DNA from: Candidatus Heimdallarchaeota archaeon
GTDB taxonomy: Archaea > Asgardarchaeota > Heimdallarchaeia > Heimdallarchaeales > Heimdallarchaeaceae
Length of the DNA stretch: 15,306 nucleotides
Assembly: GCA_023136245.1 (NCBI GenBank)
Contig: JAGLRO010000139.1
Location: forward strand, 1-15,306
Direction: 5' to 3'
Under the pieces are notes generated by a model that did not search any database, was not told where the DNA came from, and saw nothing but the letters and a program-made list of their open reading frames with translations. Below, piece after piece: positions 6,763-13,846 of the stretch. The translations under genes and the position numbers were made by a program. Position 1 is the stretch's first letter. Each line of letters opens with the position of its first letter.

Positions 6763-7857
6763 CTAATCATGAAATCTATCTTGTAGTTTTTTAAGCACTC
6801 CTGGTAGTGTTGTATACTCCATTTCACTTAACGGTAATCTACTAGGTTCGAAAGGTCCATGTCGTCTAATATATTCTGCAATTTCATTGACTCTAGCTCT
6901 TGTTAAATCAAATGAAGGATCGTCAAATAGATCAACACCACCTTTAAACTGACCATTTTTTAGTTGGAAACCTAGGCCTACAACTCTTGGTGGTCCATCA
7001 AAACGAACACATTGACTAAAATCTAAAGAAACAGGCATTAGTGGTCCTCTATGAGACCCTCGCATCCATCCTGAAACCATATGTCCTAGAGTGAAAGCCT
7101 CCACAATTTCACCAACAGCAGGAAAGCCACTTTGGCTTCTTACTATTGCAACAGGGTCATCTTTTCCTACATATTTACCTGCAATTAATGCCAATTTATC
7201 TGTAGAAACTGCAGCTGCTCTTCCTAGATTAGTATCTTTGCTATCCACATACTTAACTACATATTGACCAGGAGCTCCAATAAGAGCTAACAAATCATAC
7301 ATCTCTTCAGGACATTTTAAATCAACAAATTGGTTTTTATAAATATCCATAACAGAAAATCTGAATCCATCATGTAATTTTGGATCGATAATTAGACCTG
7401 CAGTGTTAAATGGATTTGCAAACATCTGAAAAATTGGATAATTGAAAGCTCCAGGTTCTGTTTTATCCATAGCAAAAACAAGTATTGGTTCAGCAGGTCT
7501 TTCCTCTATTTCTATTTCTGCACAACCAGGTCCCATTCCCTTAATATTTCCAGAGAATGCATCTTTCAGTAAATCTTGACCAGCTCCGTATAGTCCAATT
7601 TCTCGAGCTTCTTTTCCGAGTTGCATGAAAATATCCCATGCTAATTTGTGAATTTCTTCATTATCTACTCCTTTCTGATGAGTCATTAGTAGTTCAGTAT
7701 CATCTCCAGCGTTAAAAACAATGAAATCTATTATTTTATTTTCATCCTTAGCTTCTTGCATTAATTCTTCAGCTTTAACCATAAGAGGTTCATAGACAGT
7801 TACATGTCCAGGACTAGATCCTATATCTGCTTTGATTAAACTTATTGTAGTTTTCAC
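6763..7857 (-). CDS. fbp: Bifunctional fructose-1,6-bisphosphate aldolase/phosphatase (class V FBPase)
   Basis: Similarity runs end to end with archaeal FBPA/P as I recall it: KTTISLIKADIGS..GH, GAGQDLL.DAFSGN..GMGPG.AE, DKTEPGAFN, GKYVGKDDPV, GWMRGSH.GPLMPV, FDGPPR, EMEYTTLP. AGGTGA (7867-7872) abuts the track TTG at 7866 but sits 9 nt from the in-frame GTG at 7857. The GTG gives MKTTISLIKADIG, so 7857 is preferred. Confidence 0.93.
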   Translation of the reverse strand: MKTTISLIKADIGSSPGHVTVYEPLMVKAEELMQEAKDENKIIDFIVFNAGDDTELLMTHQKGVDNEEIHKLAWDIFMQLGKEAREIGLYGAGQDLLKDAFSGNIKGMGPGCAEIEIEERPAEPILVFAMDKTEPGAFNYPIFQMFANPFNTAGLIIDPKLHDGFRFSVMDIYKNQFVDLKCPEEMYDLLALIGAPGQYVVKYVDSKDTNLGRAAAVSTDKLALIAGKYVGKDDPVAIVRSQSGFPAVGEIVEAFTLGHMVSGWMRGSHRGPLMPVSLDFSQCVRFDGPPRVVGLGFQLKNGQFKGGVDLFDDPSFDLTRARVNEIAEYIRRHGPFEPSRLPLSEMEYTTLPGVLKKLQDRFHD

Positions 7858-7904
7858 CAAATACAATCACCTAAATAAATCATACGTATTGCTAATACAT
7901 ATTA

Positions 7905-7921
7905 CGTTTATTAAATTTAAA
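7905..7921 (-). promoter_or_regulatory. Candidate TATA region for fbp
   Basis: The minus strand reads CTTTAAATTTAATAAA about 50-60 nt upstream of the GTG at 7857. That leaves room for a short leader carrying the AGGTGA SD. Confidence 0.3.
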
Positions 7922-7950
7922 GTTTTACCTTAAAAGGATGATGTTCCGTC

Positions 7951-7958
7951 AAAAAAAA
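7951..7958 (-). terminator. T8 tract (minus strand) after the aldolase-like/FBPase-like operon
   Basis: A8 on the plus strand equals T8 on the minus strand, 27 nt downstream of the stop at 7985. It separates this operon from the fbp transcription unit. Confidence 0.45.
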
Positions 7959-7984
7959 TCGAAGCTGGATTAGATGAACTTAAC

Positions 7985-8902
7985 TTATTTGTCTTCAATA
8001 TTGAACCATAGTTCAATTAAATCCTTTGACCCGCCAACAAAACCTACTCTCTGATGAAGATAATCCATGTCTGTTAGTTTACTGACATCAAGAGGTTTGA
8101 GCTCATCAGCTCTAATCTCTTTTCCATTAGTAGTTATGTAGAATCCAGTTCCATTAATTTTAGATAAAAGGTACAGATAAGGAACTATCTCATAAACAAA
8201 TCGTAACTTAGGAGCAAAATAACCGAATACACCTGTTTTTTCGAAGACATTATTCATGTCTTGTACTAAGCACCCACCATATCTGATTTTACCTTTTATG
8301 TCTAATTCTTTTACGAAAATCTTCTGTCTTGGAGTGTAATCTTTGGATTTTCCACCAATACCAAATATAGGATTCTTACTTGGGCTTATGTCTAAAGAAT
8401 CTCTTAAAACGCGGAATGATGTTCCATCATACACAAATTGAATGAAACCAATATCTGTTGCCAGATCAAATCGCATGAATAAAGTAAAACTTATTGTTAG
8501 CGCTGCAACTGTATAACCCTTCTTATCAATTACATTGATTATAGCACCAGGGCTTCTACAGCGTATTATTGATGATCCGTCGATAAAATCGCCTAAAATG
8601 ATGAATTCACCTGTTCCTCGTTTGATGTTGTTTTCATCAGTTTCCTCTCCAAGGAGAAGGGAGTAAAGATGATCAGGCACTTTTTGAAGAAATAATTCCT
8701 GAGTTGCAATATCAAGGCTTAATTGCTCATCACCTGAAACATTAATGCTACCAGAATAATCAGATTCACCGAGTAAAAACGTGAGCATTTGTTTCGGAAC
8801 ATCTAAACATATCGAAATGAGTTCACTCAGGAGATTTCTTAGTTCTTCAGGCTGAACATCATCGAGGTAAGAATCAAGAGTGTGATACTTTGAAATAGTC
8901 AT
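7985..8902 (-). CDS. Divergent class I (FBPase/SBPase-fold) sugar-bisphosphatase-like protein
   Basis: The sequence is collinear with class I FBPase motifs: INVSGDEQLSLDIATQELF (N.qGe.q..LDv.an), LLGEETDE (SEE), FIILGDFIDGSS (DPLDGSSN), IRYGGCLVQD (RYiGSmVaD), PKLRFVYE (GKLRLLYE), YLHQRVGFVGGS (lHQR.p...GS). Confidence 0.65.
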   Translation of the reverse strand: MTISKYHTLDSYLDDVQPEELRNLLSELISICLDVPKQMLTFLLGESDYSGSINVSGDEQLSLDIATQELFLQKVPDHLYSLLLGEETDENNIKRGTGEFIILGDFIDGSSIIRCRSPGAIINVIDKKGYTVAALTISFTLFMRFDLATDIGFIQFVYDGTSFRVLRDSLDISPSKNPIFGIGGKSKDYTPRQKIFVKELDIKGKIRYGGCLVQDMNNVFEKTGVFGYFAPKLRFVYEIVPYLYLLSKINGTGFYITTNGKEIRADELKPLDVSKLTDMDYLHQRVGFVGGSKDLIELWFNIEDK

Positions 8903-8914
8903 TTTTTTCAGACC

Positions 8915-10099
8915 CTAATAATTATCATCTAGATTATTGTCTAATATATATTTATGGCATGAAATTGCAGTGTTATTCATTTTAAGTGCATTAATGAATT
9001 CTAACATATCGATTTCAGCTTTGGATATTATTGCTTCTTTAGCATCAATACTGATGTTTTCTACTTCATTGAAGAATTCCTTCCATGCAAACTTTGAATT
9101 TTTAGCAAAAGTAGTATGATCATCAACATCCTTGGTTCCATATGTTTCTAACACCCATCTTCTTATCCTTGCATATAATTCAGGCTCATATTTCTCAAGA
9201 ATTTTGAAAACTAACCTCTGCCAAAAGGTACCTATATTTCCTTTTGCAATATTACTATGTGGAAAAGTTGAAGCAATAACTTCTATGGGAGTTCCAGTTA
9301 TTCCATGTTGTGCTATCCTAGTATCGTAATTCAATTTTTTGAATTCATCTATAATCTCTATTGTTCTTTGAACATTGATTCCTAACTGAGGTACTACATC
9401 GCCATTAGCATCAACACTAACTCCATGTTTAGAACCATTTGCAATTGCAAGATAGTCGATGACAACTCCATTTTCTGCTAAAGAATTGACATAGTGGACA
9501 GCTTCTTCTACTGATGTAAACTCTGTAATCCCAATTTCTCCTACCTCACCTTCTAGACCATATGGTTTGTCACCCATCTTTTCCTTAAGAAAATCAAATA
9601 GGATTAGACCTTTTGATATAATCTTACCTAATTGCCCCTCTATAGTTTTCTCTTCTCTTTTAAAAAGAAAAGACGTGTCAATTGCGAATCCTGTAAATCC
9701 TGCTTGAACACGTGCTTCAATCTCATCCTTCACTTTTATCATTTCTTCTTCTGTACCTTTCTTTACAGTTATATGATCTGCATGTAGTGCATATGCAAAC
9801 CATTTCTCTTTTTCTGCTGCAGATTTGCATCGGTCAGCAAATTTTTGTGGAGTATACCCCGTATAACCACCACTGAGTGACATTTCACTTAGTGCTAACT
9901 CAAAAATCACAACAGAGAGTGTTTTCTTAGCTGCTCTTAAAATGCCTTGAATAACTTCTTCTGTAGCACGAGGATTTATTGCTGCAATAATGGTTTCTGT
10001 ACCCATAACTCCCTTAGCAATAAAGTTGAGAGGTAATGGCTCACGAGCAGTTTCAAAATACGTCACAATATCAGTTTCAGAATTCATAATATTACACAT
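8915..10099 (-). CDS. Class II (metal-dependent) ketose-bisphosphate aldolase family protein, divergent
   Basis: Motifs are collinear with class IIa FBA: ALHADHI (HTDH), FAIDTS (MIDLS), GLEGEVGEIG (LEIELG), LAIANGSKHGV (aasFGNVHGV), IAQHGITGTP (vFHGGSGS), AKGNIGTFWQ (KMNIDTDTQ). The N-terminal GGYTGYTPQKFAD resembles the GatZ/KbaZ branch. Promoter spacing may favour the second ATG at 10087 as the start. The stop is 12 nt from the FBPase-like start. Confidence 0.65.
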   Translation of the reverse strand: MCNIMNSETDIVTYFETAREPLPLNFIAKGVMGTETIIAAINPRATEEVIQGILRAAKKTLSVVIFELALSEMSLSGGYTGYTPQKFADRCKSAAEKEKWFAYALHADHITVKKGTEEEMIKVKDEIEARVQAGFTGFAIDTSFLFKREEKTIEGQLGKIISKGLILFDFLKEKMGDKPYGLEGEVGEIGITEFTSVEEAVHYVNSLAENGVVIDYLAIANGSKHGVSVDANGDVVPQLGINVQRTIEIIDEFKKLNYDTRIAQHGITGTPIEVIASTFPHSNIAKGNIGTFWQRLVFKILEKYEPELYARIRRWVLETYGTKDVDDHTTFAKNSKFAWKEFFNEVENISIDAKEAIISKAEIDMLEFINALKMNNTAISCHKYILDNNLDDNY

Positions 10100-10227
10100 T
10101 TATATGATTGAAATTTATATTTTAAGAATTTTTGCTTGCGTATAAACTTCCTGTGATGGAAGCCCTGAAGTATATAGTAGTATTTAATAAACGTTTAAGG
10201 CTATACAGTTAATTAGCGGGGATAGCA

Positions 10228-11994
10228 TTGAAAAACTTCAAAACTATAATACTTTGTACACTAATTTTCAATGTGATTCTTCTTAATGCTTTAATTCCGC
10301 AAGCAGAAAACAAACAATCATTACTGAAGACAACAGATGCATTTGTTTTGGAAGATTTAAATTTTGATTTGATTCAGAGTGAACCAATAATCATAACAAG
10401 AGATAGTGATTTCCTCATTTTTCCTGGTTCCGGTACATCGGAAGATCCTTATCGTATCGAGAATTATAATATTACAACATCTGAGTATCTGTGTGGAGTA
10501 AACATAACAGGTACTAGTAAATATTTTGTTATTCAGAATTGTTTGATAGATGCAATTGATGTTGGAATCTGGATTTTCTATACAGCAGAAGGAACTGTCA
10601 GAATAATTAACAACACATGTATCAATAACAATCTTTACGGTATCAATGTGAGATTTACATCAGACGTTGTAATATCCGATAATAAAGTATTTAGTAGTGG
10701 AGAGGGTGGAATCTCTGCCATTTTCTCAGATAATCTCCTAGTTAGAAACAATCTTTGTTTTTCTAGCAAAAAGAATGGAATCTCATTAAATTATATCGAA
10801 AGTGCTATAGTTGAAAATAATACATGTTTTGATAATAAAAACGGTTTGGAACTATTCAATGCTAGAGACACAGAAATAAGAAATAATCTCTTTTTCAATA
10901 ATTCAGAAAATGGTCTAATTTCCCAAAGTGATGCAAGTGTTATTATACAAGCAAATATACTAGAAAAAAACCTGAATGCTGGTCTCTTTTGCAAGGATTC
11001 AGATAATATTAGAATTCAAGCAAATAACTTCTCAGAAAATATGATTGGAATCCATTTGCAAGGCAATCTTAAATCTCGTATTTTTAACAATTCTATTACT
11101 AAGAATAGTGGTAGGGGAATAAAATTCGATCAAACAAATAATAGTATCATTTCATATAACTATATCAAACTAAATACTGGATATGGTGTGTTTGTAAATG
11201 AATCAAACCACAATGTTATACACCATAATAACTTCATTGACAATAATCAAGGGGGAATCAGCCAAGCATTTTCCAGAGAAGGAGTAAACAATACTTGGTA
11301 TGAAAAAGAAACAGAGGAAGGAAACTTCTGGTCAAATTATATAGGTGTTGGAAATTATTTAATCGAGGGCATACCATACTCTTATGATATTTTTCCTTTG
11401 CTAGAACCTGCAATACCTCCTTTAGAACTAGGTTCTTCTCGAAACAAAATTTTAATTAGCACAATCACTTCAGGAGTAATCTTGTTTATTGGAATAATCG
11501 GGTTTATCACGATATACTTTCCTATCATAAAACATAGAAGAAACTTGAAGCATAAAATGGACCTTGCATATTCAAAAGACGTAGGAGTAGCTTTATTCAG
11601 ATTTGGAATTGAAAGTGATGAATTATTAATTAAGGATGATTTTGGATCTTTAAAGATTAATCTAGATGAATTTATTGGATATTGTTACGTAACCATTGGA
11701 CAAGGTCAAAGGTATGAAACAGGTGTTTATGGTCCTGTTCCATCACCGTCTTTACCTGGTCACAATGTAATAATTTTCTCATTCTGGGGAAAAGATGATG
11801 CTGAAGGAGACCCTAGAATGGAGGATAAACAATATTATTTACTAACAGTTATTTTTCCAGAAGAGAGAAATGATTACTTGATAGAGAACAAAACAATGAA
11901 TGAAAGATTTCAAACATATATCAAGAAATTCGAATACCCCAATAGAATGTCTGTTGATGAAATAAATCATTTCAGAGAAATAGTGTTTGTATAA
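10228..11994 (+). CDS. Secreted right-handed parallel beta-helix (PbH1/NosD-like) protein with a single TM anchor and an uncharacterised cytoplasmic C-terminal domain
   Basis: TTG start lies 5 nt after GGGGA (10218-10222). There is an N-terminal signal-like segment, TIILCTLIFNVILLNALIPQAE. About 10-11 consecutive repeats of 22-23 aa follow (aa 100-350), with the pattern I..N.....N...GI.......... The cap motif is GNFWSNY...Y.I......D.FPL. The TM helix ILISTITSGVILFIGIIGFITIYFPII spans aa 408-434 and is followed by KHRRNLKH (positive-inside). The C-terminal domain has about 150 aa. Confidence 0.8.
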   Translation: MKNFKTIILCTLIFNVILLNALIPQAENKQSLLKTTDAFVLEDLNFDLIQSEPIIITRDSDFLIFPGSGTSEDPYRIENYNITTSEYLCGVNITGTSKYFVIQNCLIDAIDVGIWIFYTAEGTVRIINNTCINNNLYGINVRFTSDVVISDNKVFSSGEGGISAIFSDNLLVRNNLCFSSKKNGISLNYIESAIVENNTCFDNKNGLELFNARDTEIRNNLFFNNSENGLISQSDASVIIQANILEKNLNAGLFCKDSDNIRIQANNFSENMIGIHLQGNLKSRIFNNSITKNSGRGIKFDQTNNSIISYNYIKLNTGYGVFVNESNHNVIHHNNFIDNNQGGISQAFSREGVNNTWYEKETEEGNFWSNYIGVGNYLIEGIPYSYDIFPLLEPAIPPLELGSSRNKILISTITSGVILFIGIIGFITIYFPIIKHRRNLKHKMDLAYSKDVGVALFRFGIESDELLIKDDFGSLKINLDEFIGYCYVTIGQGQRYETGVYGPVPSPSLPGHNVIIFSFWGKDDAEGDPRMEDKQYYLLTVIFPEERNDYLIENKTMNERFQTYIKKFEYPNRMSVDEINHFREIVFV

Positions 11995-12154
11995 GTCTCT
12001 TTCGAAAAACTATGGTTGGACATATTGTTAAAGAAGAGCTCTATAGACCAAAAGAAGAGATATGTAAAACAGATTTTGGCAAATCCGCATTATTTAAAAT
12101 CAGAGAATTGATATTCAATTCAGAAAGAGATCATGTTTTGTTCGGAGGATAAAA

Positions 12155-13153
12155 ATGAAATATAGAAAAGTAGGAAAATCAGGATTAAAAATCAGCGAAA
12201 TTTCAATAGGAACATGGATAACTTATGGTGGTACGGTTGAAGATGAAATGGCCAAAAAATGTTTAGCTGCAGCAATTGAGAGTGGAATAAACTTCATTGA
12301 TTCTGCTGAAATTTATGAAAAGGGAGGAGCAGAAAAAATAATAGCAGATTTTCTCAGTGATGAAACATATGACAGAAAAGATCTTGTTATTTCCAGTAAG
12401 GTCTTCTGGCCAATGAGTGAAGGCATTAATAATTGGGGGCTTGGTCGAAAGAACATATCTAATGCAATAGAGGGAACATTAAAACGCTTGAATATGGATT
12501 ATATTGACATATATTTCATGCACAGATATGACTACATGACACCATTAAGAGAAACAGTTGAAATTCTCGATGATTTGATAAGAGCTGGTAAAGTTCGATA
12601 TTGGGGAACTTCAGCTTGGACAGCTGCTCAACTTGAAAGAGCAAATGCTCTTGCTAAGGATCTAAGAGCGCATAAACCAATAGTTGAACAACCTCTTTAT
12701 AATATGCTTTTCAGACATATTGAAATGGAAATTATGTCTGTTGCGAAAACTCATGGAATGGGATTTACAGTTTGGTCACCACTTGCTCAAGGTTTGTTAA
12801 CAGGTAAATATAACGAAGGTATTCCAGAAGATAGTAGAGCATTTAAATCAGAAATGCTAAAGAAAAGAATTACTGAAGAGAATATTGAAAAAGTAAAGAA
12901 ATTGACCGAAATAGCTAAGTCAATAGATATTACAATAGGCCAACTAGCTCTTGCATGGATTTTACGAAGACCAGAAATTTCATGTGCAATTATAGGAGCT
13001 ACTAAACCAGAACACGTTAATGAGAATGTAAAAGCATCTGATGTAACCTTGTCAAATGACATATTAAATCAGATAGACATAGTTTTGGATAATGAACCTG
13101 AATGGCCATTAACATACAAACCAAATTATTATTACACAGATAAAATGAGATAA
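12155..13153 (+). CDS. Aldo/keto reductase (Kv-beta/YajO-Tas-like subfamily)
   Basis: GGAGGA SD (12144-12149) lies 5 nt before the ATG. The N-terminus MKYRKVGKSGLKISEISIGTW is typical. The catalytic tetrad context is present: DSAEIY, SSKV, FMHRYD. The C-terminal motif is IIGATKPEHVNENV. Confidence 0.9.
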   Translation: MKYRKVGKSGLKISEISIGTWITYGGTVEDEMAKKCLAAAIESGINFIDSAEIYEKGGAEKIIADFLSDETYDRKDLVISSKVFWPMSEGINNWGLGRKNISNAIEGTLKRLNMDYIDIYFMHRYDYMTPLRETVEILDDLIRAGKVRYWGTSAWTAAQLERANALAKDLRAHKPIVEQPLYNMLFRHIEMEIMSVAKTHGMGFTVWSPLAQGLLTGKYNEGIPEDSRAFKSEMLKKRITEENIEKVKKLTEIAKSIDITIGQLALAWILRRPEISCAIIGATKPEHVNENVKASDVTLSNDILNQIDIVLDNEPEWPLTYKPNYYYTDKMR

Positions 13154-13183
13154 ATCTCTTTTATCTCTTTGTTCTCTTTTTTC
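13154..13183 (+). terminator. T-rich 3 x 9-nt tandem (ATCTCTTTT/ATCTCTTTG/TTCTCTTTT) ending in T6, directly after the AKR stop
   Basis: Read directly from the sequence. The T6 run is at 13177-13182. Oligo-T tracts act as archaeal terminators. Confidence 0.45.
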
Positions 13184-13245
13184 ACGTAAGTTTCTAATAT
13201 TAGATATTTCTCTTTACCATTAGTAGAACCTATTCTAGTGGTAGT

Positions 13246-13560
13246 ATGAGAAAGCTAACTACAAAACAGAGAATATATTTTGGTATATGCAAATTTGGGT
13301 CTTCAATATTTATGCAAGTTGTTACAATAGCATTAGTTTATATTTATGCAAATCATTTCTTGCTTGATCAGAATTTAAACGCAATAGGTAATGCCGTGGG
13401 TAAATTTGTAATAGCTTTTTCAGGTTTTATTTTTGGTTATATTTCTGATATTTTACCTGAATCAAAATGGGGTAGACGAAAGATTTTCATGTGGACAGGA
13501 GCGCCTTTACTTGCTATATCATTTGTTAGCAGGATATTCAGGGGAGATGAGTGTTATTGA
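13246..13560 (+). pseudogene. N-terminal fragment (about 95 aa of an expected about 450) of a GPH/MFS_2-family sugar:cation symporter
   Basis: KQRIYFGICKFGSS...YIYANHFLL......IGN.....I.F.G.IFGYISD...SKWGRRKIFMWTGAPLLAISFV matches the first two to three TM helices and the loop WGRRRP motif of MelB/YicJ-type carriers. The hydrophobic pattern stops at ..SRIFRGDECY*. Confidence 0.6.
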
Positions 13561-13789
13561 ATTTGTAGAAACATACTTTGATCGAATTGTCGAATTGCAC
13601 TTCCATGATGGTAAATATCCCAAAATTGATCACAAACCATTAGGAGAGTATGATTTACCAGTAAGAGAATTGTTACTTAAATTGCTAGAAAAGGATTTCA
13701 AAGGTCCTTTGGTCTATGAACTTAATTTCGAAGAAGCGATTCAATCAATGGAATACATAAGAATAAACATTCCTGAAGCTCTTAAATGA
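13547..13789 (+). pseudogene. C-terminal fragment (about 80 aa of an expected about 270) of a xylose-isomerase-like TIM-barrel sugar-phosphate isomerase/epimerase
   Basis: FVETYFDRIVELHFHDGK....DHKPLGEYDLPVRELLLKLLEKDFKGPLVYEL matches the last beta-alpha units of that family (i.hvHl.D......H.plG.G.id...l...L...gy.G.l.lE). The 5' part of the 118-aa track ORF (13433-13546) is only an out-of-frame read of the transporter fragment. Confidence 0.55.
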
Positions 13790-13846
13790 AAAAATTGTAT
13801 TTCTTCAAAGGTAAATATTTATTTGTTCAATTATCAATTGTCAACC

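Noticed and set aside
7936-7946. GGATGATGT resembling a C box (RUGAUGA) of a C/D-box sRNA in the fbp upstream gap. A similar GTGATGG..CTGA occurs at 10164-10179.
   Set aside because: There is no properly spaced D box (CUGA) or C'/D' pair and no terminal stem within 50-70 nt. Both motifs are imperfect.
117-13062. Other short antisense or overlapping track ORFs: 117-311(-), 562-798(-), 1182-1394(-), 3811-3996(+), 4957-5163(-), 8937-9119(+), 9132-9329(+), 10791-10994(-), 12787-13062(-).
   Set aside because: Each is nested within a longer ORF that has clear family motifs on the other strand. Their sequences are compositionally biased and unrecognisable, so I treat them as non-coding shadows.
13433-13546. 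N-terminal 38 aa of the 118-aa track ORF (MVIFLIFYLNQNGVDERFSCGQERLYLLYHLLAGYSGE).
   Set aside because: This stretch is the +1 frame of the transporter fragment and bears no resemblance to the TIM-barrel family that the rest of the ORF matches. The real remnant most likely begins at ATG 13547.
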